Shown here: piece by piece, positions 1-13,700 of the stretch
Layout: every line of letters starts with the position of its first letter
How positions within the stretch are numbered: position 1 is the stretch's first letter
Origin: Chrysomallon squamiferum
Taxonomy: Eukaryota; Animalia; Mollusca
Assembly: GCA_012295275.1 (NCBI GenBank)
Contig: CM022677.1
Span: forward strand, 8,122,001 to 8,186,000
Reading direction: 5' to 3'
Length of the DNA: 64,000 nucleotides
The notes under the pieces: model-generated
What the model saw: only the letters and a program-made list of their open reading frames with translations
What the model was told of the DNA's origin: nothing
The model's database searches: none
Program-made: the position numbers and the translations under genes

Positions 1-537
1 TAGAAAAATGTTTATCATTAAGTTCTGGTTAATATTTTTGAACAAAATTATTAAAATTACATTGATCACATTGATCACAAATTAAAGAAAATCAAAATTA
101 ATATTTCAAAGAAAACATTTTTAGCATTAGCAGTTTTTTTTTAGCTCTCTTAACAATACTTATTATAACACTTTCGTTATATTCAAAGAACTAAAAACTT
201 AAAATGATAAAAATAGTAGAATAATGCTATAAGAGTATAATTAAGTTGTACATCACTATCAGACGAGAATCTAACAAGATTTAATTTTTTTAATGGTATT
301 TTTAGCATTTGCATGAAATTGAAATGATCTGCAAATGGTTTATTTTATGAATGCAGTGGAAAATAAACTGGCAGAATTCTTACTGATCTTTTAACTAGAT
401 AAGAAAAGTAACATAATCAGTGACAATGTAACAACATGGAATATTCAAACAGTATACATATATTAGACAGGGTATATCTTATATCTTGCATGCGACCTCA
501 TATCAGATTAAACATAAATACATATAATGACCCCTTC
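1..537. repeat. Near-identical duplicate of 16679-17214
   Basis: Sequence from tagaaaaatgtttatcattaagttctgg to ataatgaccccttc recurs at 16679-17214 with only a few substitutions and a 1-nt indel. Confidence 0.95.
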
Positions 538-1754
538 TTTTTAACTTTTATATAAAAGGATTAAAATACCAAAACATCAATAAATTAGTTTATGAAAAAT
601 GTGTTTTAATTTATTCGAATACTTCTGTAACTTGGTGAAATTTGAAATACTAATATTACTAAAATGATGAAAATACATTTGAGATTATTCTGACAATCTT
701 TAACTAACCTTTAGCAATTGTTAATAATAAATGATTTGATTAATTAAAATATTTAATTGTAATATTCTTTTCTGCCACTTTAATTTTTGCTATTAATGAA
801 ATATATTTTGTCTTATAAATAAACCACAATTATCCTAGCATTCAGCTAACAATTCAATAATGAATCATTTAGGTAGTTTTAAAATGTATTTAAAACAAAG
901 ACAACATTACACATGCATGTGACAAAATAACAAAAGAAGCTAAATCTTTCAAGCCAATTTATGCACCTTTCAAATTACAACCTTTCAAAACCACCAAAAT
1001 TCCATCCGTCTACTAAATTTCAAAATAATGTAAATATCTTTAGCCCTACCATGTAAATTAATTAAATGTATGTATTAAATGTATGTATTTCAGATTAGAG
1101 TGAGATATTAATAACATCAAATTACAAATTTATACAAATGTTCTGTTCACTACTCTATTAGGATGTCCTGCAAATTATTACATTGATTCTATTGATTTTC
1201 AGTGCATCATTTTACAAAAATACAAATGTATTATATTTTCAAATATGCAGTTTAATTCAGTATAAGAGAAAATATTTTGCATTGAATTATTTAAAAGTGA
1301 AATAAAATGGAAAGGTTTACAATGACTAATGTATTTAAATACCTGCTGGACAGCACCAAATACTTCAACTCTACTGGAGACTCAAGCTGCTCTTTGTTCC
1401 AAAATGTCAATTTGAGTTTGTATTTATCAACAATTTCTTGAATATTTTTATCCTTAACAAGCTGATTTAACTTCTGAAACTAAACAATTTAAATCCACAG
1501 TTTAGTACATTGCTGACACATCTCACTGGTGGATGCCTAGTCTGAATAAATAAATAAAACACTGTATAAAATATAAAATACTGCTACTACTACATTTACT
1601 GCAATTACTATACTATTTGTACAGCCATCATTACTATAATTACTATTTACTATTATTTCTTATTCAACTAAGATTAGTTATTAAAATAATACTCCTATTA
1701 CTAAATTTACTATCGATTAATAATAAAAATGATATTTTTTACTCTCTTCACTAT

Positions 1755-1804
<50 letters not shown>

Positions 1805-2395
1805 CATATTCAACAACAAAAAAGAAAACCAGATCTAATATGATAATTTTGTTGATTAACTAGTTATTAAGACTCATATATTTAACAACAACCTGATTCA
1901 ATATTTTATTTACAAACATTGTGCTGTTAAACAATCCATGAAAATTGAAAGACTGCAGACAATAGAAACTATAGACAACAGCTACAGTACATCCATCTCC
2001 AATGTATTTTAGTGTGTCTGTCATCACAGGAACAGCGACACTGTGTGAAGGCTGACAGTTCCATCTGGTAACAGGAAAGTTAAATATTTTAAAATACTCA
2101 TAAAATATGATGCTTCTTCTTCTTTTGTTTTAACATATAGAAATTTACCACAAAATAATCTGGTTTATATGAATGGATCTGTTGTGTTGTGTTTGTGTGT
2201 TTGTGTGTGTGTGTGTTGGAGGAGAGAGAGAGAGAGAGATAGAGAAAACATGAATTAAAATGCAGTGTATGATACAAGATTCTAATGTAAGTGCACATTC
2301 ATATGTACAAAATGCAACTTCCTACATTAATTTAAATTAAACTGCATTCGGTTTAGAATAATGAGAAATACATAAGAAAACAAACTCAAATTCAC

Positions 2396-2532
2396 CTGTT
2401 CAATTGTTGTTTTTTTTTTTCTCTTTTCCAGTGGCAGCAGTACAAACTTTATCCTCAGTGCTGGACAGCACCTTCTACTGAAATAACTTCACTAGCAAAC
2501 ATCAGTGCATCAATTAGAGCTGTATGTGTATT
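2396..2532 (-). pseudogene. Isolated exon-like segment, possibly a death-fold/CARD-like helix
   Basis: Has ag/gt boundaries. One frame reads LLVKLFQ*KVLSSTEDKVCTAATGKEKKK, and the paralog near 19970-20085 reads LLVKLFQQKVLSSTEDKVCTAVTVKEKKKKLQ. The domain assignment is weak. Confidence 0.3.
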
Positions 2533-2826
2533 CTGAACAAAAATAATAATAATAATAAAAATAATAAACTGTTATAAATAAATAACATTTCTGTTATTAT
2601 TAAAATTTAAATTGTACTGGTACGAGTTACTGGATTATTCAGACACAAAGGGGTGTGGGTTATTTTTGATATACTTTGTATAATCATTATAATGATAATG
2701 ATGATAATGGTAATAATTTAAATGGAAACAAATGATTATTATTATGCTATTTTACAATCAGTAAAGAGTTGTTACTATAAAACATATTTTACTTGCTAAG
2801 AAATAAAAATAAAGTAAAAATCTCAC

Positions 2827-2927
2827 AACTTGGAACTGTGCAGTCTGCAGTGTCTGTACAGCTGATTCATCCTTCTCCATAACGTAAATTCCCTTTCTAG
2901 CCAGCAACTGAACAATACTGCAATGAC
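2827..2927 (-). pseudogene. Ankyrin-repeat exon fragment
   Basis: Boundaries tttag| and |gtgaga. Translation GHCSIVQLLARKGIYVMEKDESAVQTLQTA fits the ankyrin consensus GHxxIVxLLxxxGAxVxxKDxxGxTPLxxA. Confidence 0.6.
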
Positions 2928-3060
2928 CTAAAATATTTAACATCAATGGTAAACAAAGTTTTTAGAAACTCCAACATCAACATAATACTTTTTTTTTTTA
3001 AATCAATCTACATTTGTCTGATTTTATTTTGATTATTATCATTATGCAATATTTCTCTAT

Positions 3061-3103
<43 letters not shown>

Positions 3104-3148
3104 ACACACACACAGAGAGAGACACATATATAAACTAATAAAACACAC

Positions 3149-3760
3149 CCTGCCACTGTTGAGAAGTTTCTGAAAACATTTTAACAGAGACCTGACACAT
3201 CACTTGACACCAGACTGTTGATTCATATTATCAATAGTCTCTTGAATCCCTTCTCTGGAAAATGGCCTAGATTTTTGTGATGCTGAAGTAGGGGACAGGG
3301 ACCTGGGTGCATTGGTCCCACTCTGTTGTCTGAGTCAGGTACAGGACTAGCCCAGTCATTCGAATCATCAATATGGCGAGACATCGCTATCATGAATGCT
3401 GCCTTCCTGAGTCTCATCTTGTTTTGCTGCAGCTACAGCCTCTATTTGTTTATCTCTGTTTTCTTCTCTCTCTTCACATCCAGCTTCATTCTCAGAGAAG
3501 CAAGCTCAGACGTCACCTGCTGCTCAACTTCCTGGCTGTTGTCTTTGTCACCATCATGCAGAGCCATCGCTGTCATCTGCCAAGTGATTTTGTTTGGCAG
3601 TGTAGCAGATGAAGTCTTTTTACCAGCATCAGCTTGTTTTCACAGAACTGCAGACTTCAGTGGTGATCTGCCCTTTCCTTCTTGTTCCTGACTATGCTGA
3701 ATGTAAACCATTGATATATCCATATTATAGTATTCCAGCAGCTCTTGCACTCTACAGTGT
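3149..3760 (-). pseudogene. CAMSAP/Patronin internal exon fragment (coiled-coil region) with premature stops
   Basis: Minus frame reads KKTSSATLPNKITWQ ... SELASLRMKLDVKREKKTEINK*RL*LQQNKMRLRKAAFMIAMSR. This matches the Patronin TSFAxLPNxTTWQ motif and the CAMSAP coiled coil SELxxLxMxLEEKRRxIExxKxxxE...LGKAAFL. No CH or CKK exons are seen. Confidence 0.8.
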
Positions 3761-5477
3761 GGTTCTGGTCAATGATTGTGTAGTTGGATAAGAAATTTAT
3801 AAAATGTTTCACTCACATCTGATTTTTCAAAGAAATATTCTTTAAATAAATCTGGAATATTTTCTCCATATGACCTGGAAAACATCAAAAATAAACAAAT
3901 ATTAGTAAAGTAAATAAAATGAATAATAAAAATAAAGATTAAAAAAACAATAATAAAAAATAAAACAATAATAATAATAAGAAGAAGAAGAAGATAAAAA
4001 AACAAGGAAGTACAACAAAACAAAACAAAATGTAAATAAATTAAAATTGACAATTAAGAAAAAGAAGGGAAACAAAGAACAGTTATCACTGAGGATAACA
4101 AATTATGTGTGTATGTGTGTATGTGTGTGTCTGTGTCTAAGTGTTAAATATTATTATAAGAACTAATTTTTTTAATATTTTACAGTGTCAACATACGAAA
4201 TAACCTGGTCATATTTTTCTTAAATTTTTATTCATCATTACTTATTTTTAATGTTAATATAGAGCTATACAGGTATTTAACTTAAATAATATGAAAGCAT
4301 TTAGGGCCCCACCCATTATAAACTTTAATATGGTTAAAAAAAAATTAAATATGTTTAATAATGTATAGAGCAAGTCAGCAATTTAACGTAAATCTTCAAA
4401 AATATAGAATGGTAATTATATAAGCACATACTAAAAGAGAATTTTATAATAGTCATTATTGCAGTCTTTATATACTTTTCTAGTAAAAAAGATAAAAAAC
4501 ACCTTTTATTAACAATGAACCGATGCTTATTTTAATTAATCTTTCTATCTCTTGTTATAAAACAACTTATTTTGTAGATATTAATATTTTACAGTTCATA
4601 AAGTTTGTCATTAAATGAGGTATTGTTAGAAGTTTATTCGAAAGGTATGAATGTGCAGCATCAACTTACATTATCCAAATCTCCTTTATAGACATTCTTT
4701 TCATTAGTCCCAATATCCAGACAACACTGAATGATGGCCCTAATAATAATAATAATTGGTTAAAACACAACATATAAAGCTTATTGAAGTATAGAAAAAT
4801 AAACGAATTAAGATATATAAAAAGTAATAATAGTGATTACATTGAAGTAGAAAAATTATATATAAGCAAAAATGTTTTTTAGATGTTATAGAAAGGTATA
4901 GTACTAAATAAAATAAAAAGATAAAAAGAGTTAATTTCAGTAAGTATATGATTAAAAAAATAATTATAAAAGTGATAACAAAAAAATAATAATAATAAAG
5001 TAGATGTTAAATTAATAGAAAAATGTTAAAAAAAGAAAATAAATAAATAAATAAATAAATAAATCTTTCTACATGTGTGTGTATGTGTGTCCCCCATATA
5101 TTTATATCTCATGGAAACCTTTATCACATGTCTGTAACGTATATGCATTTATAATATTTGTGTACATGTGTATGGATAATAAAAATATATGGATAATATA
5201 TGGATAATAAAAAGATATGTTTTTTTTTAAATTCTAAATGTATATAACACTGTATATAGCTATTAACTCCCACAGAGATAATGAGAGAGGAAACTAAATT
5301 ATTATTATTATTATTATTATTATCATTATTATCATCATTACTTGCTTACCAGAAAGGTGGCTTCAAATGCACCTTCTCATGTTTAGTGAATAATTTAACT
5401 GAACCTGTCTGTGGATGAGACAAAACATAATTCAGTGGAATGCAATATTAGTACAGATCTTAACAAATATCATATAT

Positions 5478-5572
5478 CAGAGATGTCATTGCTTTTACAG
5501 GTTTGTCTCTGTAGCTATTGTCTCAGAGATGTCATTGTTTGTACAGGTTTGTCACTGTAGCTATTGTCTCAG
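5478..5572. repeat. 46-bp minisatellite running into the assembly gap
   Basis: The unit cagagatgtcattg...gtagctattgtct starts at 5478 and 5524; a third copy is cut by the Ns. Confidence 0.85.
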
Positions 5573-5772
5573 NNNNNNNNNNNNNNNNNNNNNNNNNNNN
5601 NNNNNNNNNNNNNNNNNNNNNNNNNNNNNNNNNNNNNNNNNNNNNNNNNNNNNNNNNNNNNNNNNNNNNNNNNNNNNNNNNNNNNNNNNNNNNNNNNNNN
5701 NNNNNNNNNNNNNNNNNNNNNNNNNNNNNNNNNNNNNNNNNNNNNNNNNNNNNNNNNNNNNNNNNNNNNNNN
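5573..5772. other. Assembly gap (200 N)
   Basis: Run of exactly 200 N, typical of a fixed-size scaffolding gap. Confidence 1.
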
Positions 5773-8289
5773 GAAGGATCAAACTGATTGCGCTGTGTGT
5801 CTCGACTCTGCAAAACACAAACTGTCAGACGTTTTCTTATTTCCTAAAATGAAAATGCAAACACCTCTTCCAAAAAATATGTAATAAATAAAATAAAAGG
5901 TGGAAAAATGAATAATGAATGCCAAAAATATGAATTTTACAGGTATATCAAAAGCCTAAAAATGACTATATTTTTTTAATATCTTCAACAAGAATTTGAT
6001 AGACGTGTATTTTATTTCAGAAATATTTCAAACATCCAGCTTAAAAGGAATTATGAATAGAAAATGACTCTTAATATATGCACTGCATTTTCTACAAGAA
6101 ATGGATGAGCGATTATATTATTTGTATATAATTCAGATATCTTACTTAACATGAATTATGAGTACAAAATGGCTGTTAATACGTACACTGCGTTTTCAGT
6201 TGAAATGCGAGATGAAAATGATAACGAATAAAAAAACTATAATTTCTGTAACGTTAGAAATATTTAGTGATAAAAACATCATTACGTAAGAAGAAACGCT
6301 CAATAACACGAGAAGAAACAGGTTTAATTTTTATTTCTGTAACTTTAAGAATATTTAGTGATAGAAAAATTAACTACGTAAAATATTCAATATTACGAAA
6401 AGAAACAGGTTTGATGCTGTGCTTATGTTGTTTAATCATAGAACACGTTAAAACAAAAAAGAAAAAAAACATTAATAAAATGAATTATGAACATCTTAAA
6501 GATTAAGACACTTGCATCAGCAAATGGTATTCATGCATTTGCAACGAAAAGAATTCAGTATTATATTGTTTCATAAAATATTCAAAAGCGTATAAAAACA
6601 AAATAAAAGTTTCTTAAAGATTTTGATATGTAAATGAACAGTCCAACAGATTCACAAGAAAAAGAAATATGTGCTTATAGTATTTCAAAGAAAATAAAAC
6701 CGCACATTAAAATAAAAAGATAAATACATAAATGTGTCCTAGAGCACAGAAACAGAGAACGGTGAAAATGATTAAAACAGAGCTGACACTACGTGCTAAA
6801 CAATGCGAAGTGTGAAGTAAAATAAAATAAATGTTTTAAACCTGAGTAGACATCAAAGAACACATTCTCCAATGTGCATGACAGAAACAGACACAGTATT
6901 CAGCTAGTTCGTAATAAAATAAGACAATATATACAGAGATAAAAGAGAAGCAGAAAGGAAAAGAAAAAGAAAGAATCAAAACAGAATAAAAATAGAAATA
7001 ATTAATAAAAAAGAAAAGAATATAAAATTAAATTTAAAAAAAAAAATGTTAGTATTTAAATATTACCTAATGTTATAAATGGTAATGAATTAAAGAAACA
7101 TATTTGAAATTATCATTATTACTACGGCCACTACTACTATTGATGATACTACTACTACGACTACTACTAGTACCACTACATCTACTACTATATTGTTATT
7201 ATAAATATTATTCTACTTCTACTACTACTACTATTACCATTATCAACGTCATTATTTTTATTCTTATTGATGCTGTTGCTGCTGTAGTCGCAGTTGTCTT
7301 GTTTTTCTTTTTCTTCTTCTTCTTCTTATTATTATTATTGCTATTATTATTATTATTACTATTATTATTATTATTACTATTACTATTATTATTATTGTTG
7401 TTATTTTATTGTTTAGCTATTGTCGTTGTTTTTATGGTTATTATTGTTATAGTTATTTTTCTATTTATTATTATATTGTTATTATTGATGTTGTTATAAC
7501 TTAAATTATATTTATTATTTTTATCATTATTACTGTTGTTATTGTTGCTGTTCTTGTTATTATTGTTACTGTTATTTTTGAATTACATCAATTATTTTGT
7601 TGGTATCATCATCACTACTATTACTGTTGTTGGTGTTGTTGTTGTTGTTGTCGCTATTGTTGTCACAAACAGACAGACAGTCTTTGAGAAATACTTTAAA
7701 ACAATTACTCAGAAAATAATAGTGACTAAGTAACTCACTAAAGCAGTCAGTGACTTAGTCAAGGTGTGTCTAACATTAACTAGTGACTGCCATGGATGAC
7801 CGATGAAACGAAGCTTTATTTTTCTTTACAGTTTCAGCGTAAACCAAAGATGGATTCAATGGGTTAAACGACAGCAAACTTTGTTAACTTCGTGCATAAA
7901 TTTACAGACGATCTTCCCAAGTAATAGCGTCTCTTATTTTAAAAAAAATAAAAAATATTAAAAAATTAAAATTAACAAACTAAAAATGATTGCAAACATC
8001 TTCCAATTTTTCTCACCTTTTTCTTTACCTAGGATCAGGTCCGTCTGCCTTATATCACCAGCCCTTGCAGACCGCAGATCCTTAATGATTCCTAACCATA
8101 ATAACAATAACGAACTAAAATAGGAAAATAATCCCTGTTTGCACTTTCAATAACAACAACAACAACAACAACAACAACAAATAAGAAGAACAACAAGAAC
8201 AAGAACAAGAACAAAAACAATAATAATAACAAACACACAACAAGCAGTCGCCTGTCTCTCTCTCTACTGATGTTTATTATGTGTGTGTG

Positions 8290-8759
8290 TCTAGTGTGAT
8301 CCAGTCCAGTGGATCGTATTCGCAAACGAAGCCCATTTTCTGTTGTTGCAGTTTGTGTCAATCCACTGCCAGTACCTGGAAGATATTGTTACAAACGCGC
8401 AATCTTCACCTCCACCCGCGTTATTCGGTTCCTTCTCAGCCCAGTTCGTGTAATCAAGCTCTTCTCGAGAATGTCGGCTAAACCCACATATTTCCCTTCA
8501 AACTGAGTGTCAGTCATTCCAAGCCAGTAATGAGTAACGTCTAAAAATAATAATAAAATAAAACAATTGTTTTATTAAACGATAATACTCTTGGTAGCGG
8601 TATTAGTACTAGTAGTAGCAGCCTTAGTAGAAGTAATTCTATTAGTACCAATAGCAGTAGTAGCTGTAGCAATAGTAGAAGCGGCAACGAATATATAGTA
8701 CGAAAATGTACCTCTTTTTGTTGTTGTTTTTGGTATGAACATACTCATTATATTATTAT

Positions 8760-8848
<89 letters not shown>

Positions 8849-9025
8849 GGAACTAAGCAGCGACTTCAAAAAGTAAATACTCTTTGTGATAATCTGTAGT
8901 AGTAGTGATAGTAGTAGTAATAGTAGCAGTAGTAACAGTAGTAATACTAGTAGTAGCTGTGGTAGTAGTAATAGTAGTAGTAGTAACAGTAGTAGTAATA
9001 TTAGTAGTAGTAGTAGTAGTAGCAA

Positions 9026-9056
<31 letters not shown>

Positions 9057-9081
9057 GGTGGTAGTAGTAGTAGTAGTGGTG

Positions 9082-9116
<35 letters not shown>

Positions 9117-9240
9117 CTAAATGATAATCTGAAATATCATGAAAATAGTTACGGCTGTGATATAGCTCTGTGGTGAGGTCTTTGTTTTCACACAAAGATG
9201 AGAAAATCATCAGATACGAGTTCATAGACCTGCAGCAATC
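8290..9240 (-). pseudogene. C-type lectin domain pseudogene (EPN type); exons 9240-9153 and 8540-~8290
   Basis: Exon DCCRSMNSYLMIFSSLCENKDLTTELYHS splices in phase to HVTHYWLGMTDTQFEGKYV. After a frameshift it reads DYTNWAEKEPNNAGGGEDCAFV...WQWIDTNC, and after a second frameshift MGFVCEY. WLG, EPN, EDC, WID and FVCE are CTLD motifs. Confidence 0.9.
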
Positions 9241-9489
9241 CTGAATAAAAATAATAATGACAACAATAATAATAATAATAATAGTAATAGTAATTATAAT
9301 GTGGAAGACACTCAATATTTTTCATGCGCATTCTTAAAAGTTGATTCATTATTCATTATTGCAGGTGTATTATACCAGATAATGAAAAATTAGTCTTATT
9401 ATTTATTTATTTACTTCTTTATTATGCGAAATAATATGAACTAATATTGTTAATTAAAAAAGAAGACCTGTATTTTTCAGTACATAATA

Positions 9490-10068
9490 TTACCGCTACG
9501 CCTCTGTTTACAACATAAAACATGTGACATATATCGTGATGGCGGTTCTGAAGTTACTTATTTTCGTAATGCCGTGTAAAATTACTCTTACTTAGCTTTT
9601 CAGTGAAACATGTTCTGATGTTAATAAAATGAAACATAAAATGGACATTTTGGATTTTACATATAATTCTACTGTTGTTTATAAAAATACACCAACCCGA
9701 AACGCCGATATACATTTCTGTTTCACAGTAAATTCACACCTGCAAAGTTTACTATAATGATACAGTATAAATATAAAAAAGAACAATAATAGTACTATAA
9801 AGAAAGCACATTTTAATCTTTATGCGATTTCTTTTCTTCTCAATGTCCATAAGACTTCAAAAGTTAACATCATCGCTCCAGTCTGGATGTCAATGTATTT
9901 TATGACGTAGCTATAGCTTCACACAGACAAGTAACCTGGAGATATCCACTTTTCAATCCTCTTTATTGACAAACATAACGTGATGTTACATTTTTGTATT
10001 AATTTATATTTTTGTTTTCATAAAAATAAAAAAGTGAAAATGAGCCAGACATTTATTTGAGAAACTCA

Positions 10069-10143
<75 letters not shown>

Positions 10144-10700
10144 AATAAATAAACATGGTATAATAAAACAACATCGTATAATAAAAAAAACATTATGGCT
10201 TACATTTATTATAAGTTATTATGTAGGTATGAAAATATAAAATGTCACATTTTTCTACAGTTAAAACTAAATCTCTGAACCTGTGAATTGAAAAAACACA
10301 ACATAATATGCTGCAGGGAAAGAGAGTTATGAACCCTTTTTTCAACAGTAGCTGACGAGTTGATACTTGGCTTATATTCTACTGGAATAATTTAGAAACT
10401 GAGAAATATAGCGAGTTAGATTTCCAGATTAATGTTTTTAATACATACTATTACCGCTACGCCTCTGTTAACAAACATAAAACATGTAACATAAATAGTG
10501 ATGGCGGTTCTTATTTTCATAACGTCGTGTAAAATTACACCTACTTAGCTTTTCAGTGAAACGTGTTAATAAAATGTCACATTAATATGGAAGCGTTCTC
10601 GACATTTTGGATTTCACATATAATTCTACGGTTGTTTATAAAAACACGCTAACCCAATCTACATTTCTGAATGTAAACAGAGTTTTCACAGTAAAATCAT
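9490..10700. repeat. Two diverged ~250-bp direct repeats (about 9490-9740 and 10450-10700)
   Basis: Both begin ttaccgctacgcctctgtt and share gatggcggttc, acttagcttttcagtgaaac and gacattttggattt. Confidence 0.8.
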
Positions 10701-13700
10701 ACAGTAAAAAATGATCGAATATTGTTTTTCTTCTGGGGTGTTTTCGTGTTGTTGTTGTTTTTTTGTCTCTTCCGGACAGCAGCAGTAATAGAAGAAAGAA
10801 TCATTTTTAAATTCCGGGAAGAGAGTTGGATATATTTTAGAAATATACTTTTTCTAAGCCGGAGTCAGTGAATTAGTTTTCTGGTGATTAATATTTAACC
10901 AGTATATTTTAATAAATGTGGTACTTGCTAATCCTATACAACGGCGAGTGTTCTGTGAAGAAACGTTTTGGTGAAACTTGTGAAGACAAGTCGGGCTGTG
11001 CAGACGTGTAGCTGTCTGGATAACACGTGTTTCATTAAAAAAATAATCTCTAGACATAATTTTTTGACGCTGGACAGAGTTTGCTTTCTATAAACAAATA
11101 AGATTTCAGTTTTATATGAATAAACTGAGGTTCAGTATATTATTGTAGTTATTGTTGTTTTTACAAAAAAAAAAAAGAAAAATAAATAGATATAATTTTA
11201 ATTTTAATACCGACAATGCTGCACAATTTAAATAGTTGATACTGGATATTTAGACATAATATGTAGACGAGAATTGCCAGTTTAATCTGCTATTTTAAAA
11301 AGCTTCAGGTGAGGTTTTATTAATAACTGGAGAAGAAACATTAAGATTTACCTGACAATAAAGACAATATTGTTATGTTTTTTAATAGGATGAATAAATT
11401 TCGTCTAGCTTTCTAAAAATATCCTCGTATCTCATAAAACACTAGATCAGGAGGACAGGCATGTTTTCTATCTTACAAAGTATAATATTAACTATATAAG
11501 ATTTCTACGTGAAATTATCAGTATTTTGTATGATGCAAACAGAGGAAAACATGATAAAACATCACGTTATTTTTACTCAGTATCAGATTATGGTAAACAA
11601 ATAAATGGCGCTGGTTTTATGTGTTAATGTGAATTAAGTTATCTTTTATTCAAATAGAAAACTCCGCTTAACCCTGTAAATTTTAGTTTTAATATCGTTT
11701 GCTAAGCAAAAATCAAATTCTGTGATTCAAGTAAAGTGTTACTTCTCATGTGTTCAGTATTAACAGTTATATATTTCTGAATTTACAAGTCGAGCGCTGA
11801 ATGCCACTATAAAATAAAAGGTCAGATCCAGATTAAAGTGATATTTGATTAACAACAGAACAGATTTCACTAAAAAAAGCTCTCTGTGGTGCTGAAAACT
11901 CAGCTTTTACTGTATAAGAATCCATTCATTTCTGTTGATAAGTTGATAATAAATGATGTTTATGTTGTCAACATGAGCGAAGTTTTCACATGTAATTTGA
12001 AATGGAACATTTACTTTATTAATATCATGAAGATTATTCTTGAAAAGCCGATACTATTTCTTTAGCTGTATCCAAGATTATACTGACAGTTATATGAAAT
12101 TATCAACATTTGTTACGATGCAAAACAGAGGTGAACTTAATAAAATATCACTGTAAACGGTAGTACATTTACTAAGATAAAATTTGTTTTAGACAGACAG
12201 AAAAAGATATGATCAGTGTGGTTTTCTGTTATTTATTACTGTGATAATTACAAGTCCCGCGAAATAGCTAGAACTACAGAGATGTTGTGAGAGTAATATT
12301 GTACATTTTAAAGAAAGATGACATTGCAGGAAACTGTGAGACTAATGTATTCTGAAGTAAAGTTAGTAATAAATATATATCACTATCTCACTGATTAACA
12401 TTGCATAACGCACTACAAATAAAGAAAATAACACGTTATTTTTTAATCAGTCTCAATTTTATTCGTAGGATTAAGAAAAGAAAATATATATTTATATAAA
12501 AAATAAACAATAAAAGAAAAGAAAGAAAAAGAAGTAATATAAAAAAGAAAGATCAAGCTTATCAAGGAGCGCAGTTTATAAGTGAAAAATGTAGAATCAA
12601 AAAAAGTAATATGAGATTTTATATTCATGTCAAAATCTTGACCTTTTCCTGTGTTTTTAATTTTAAAAATTTTTAAAAAAAAATTCCATTCAACATTGTC
12701 TTCGCGTCAGAAACTTGTTTTACATGGTAGACTGTAAAACTAATGACGTAATGGAGACCTCGCGTGACACTTTTCAAATACGTTTTACTCCATTTTTATT
12801 ATTGAATGGTAAATGAAAATTTTAAATAAGAAATATTCAACTTGTTGAGAATATTATATAAAACCAAAGCAGATATCATAAAAAGAAACTGAAACACAAT
12901 TTTACAATCAACATTGCAAAAGTAATTTAAAATGATTAATTTTAAAACAAATACACAACACTGAAACAATAAGTTAGATAGGAGATACACTGAAAGCATA
13001 TAAACTATTAGGGAGATGCACAAAGATAAAGATAGAACAATAATAATAATAACTAGTTTGGACTGTTCATAGAAGCAGGCGGCGACAGAACAAAATTGTT
13101 AAATCTGTGTAGAATTTATGGATTGACAGAGAAATACATGAACAGATGTGGATATATGTATTTTGCTGCTAGAAAAAGAAAATGTAAAATATATATGTAT
13201 ACACACACAAGTTGTGTATGTGTGTACTGAAGGAAATTATAATTTTTGTATGTGTTATCTGAGGCATGGGTATGTAGGAGAAATCGATGCAGACATAGAT
13301 ACAGAGAGAAAGACAGACAGATGTGAATGTGAAAGGATGAGTTGTTACGTACATGTTATCTGTGAGAAAGAGTTAAAGTGTTTGTTGTCAGGGAACTGCT
13401 GCATGTGAAAGACAGTGTCCTTGTTTATGTATAAATAAATACAAGTCCCAAGTGTTTTGATTGTTGTTTTCTTTTTAAAAAATGTAGTTAGATATAAAAA
13501 TATAATTATTAATTGGATTATTTTAATGATTTATTCTTATATTATTGTCTTGATTTTGAATTGTTGTTATTAATATTAAAAAAGCAGAAATAATGAGGCT
13601 AAAACAATAATTTTAGCTCGATTAAAACTAATAAAAACAGATTTCCAGTAATTTTTATTTTAAAGAAAATGAAAATGAAACGATGTATGTATATAGTAAT

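Larger units (their letters stand above)
538..3690. repeat. Older segmental duplication, copy A (paralogous to about 14945-20630)
   Basis: Visual alignment: 538-1260 matches 14945-15555, 1800-2645 matches 19450-20205, and 3135-3690 matches 20217-20627. These blocks are clearly more diverged than the 1-537 block. Confidence 0.85.

Noticed and set aside
3700-4740. KDZ/Zisupton transposase (ECKSC...IIMD-like motifs)
   Set aside because: The apparent motif needs frame switching, and the same bases read better as the Patronin frame (MVYIQHSQEQ). No KDZ catalytic motifs were seen.
5415-5884. ORFs spanning 5.4-5.9 kb
   Set aside because: They are open only because they read through the N gap.
7104-9315. 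Long poly-L/V/S/Y ORFs here and at 39.5-42.9 kb and 55.7-56.9 kb
   Set aside because: They are translations of (AAT)n, (TAG)n, (GT)n and (TCTA)n microsatellites, not proteins.
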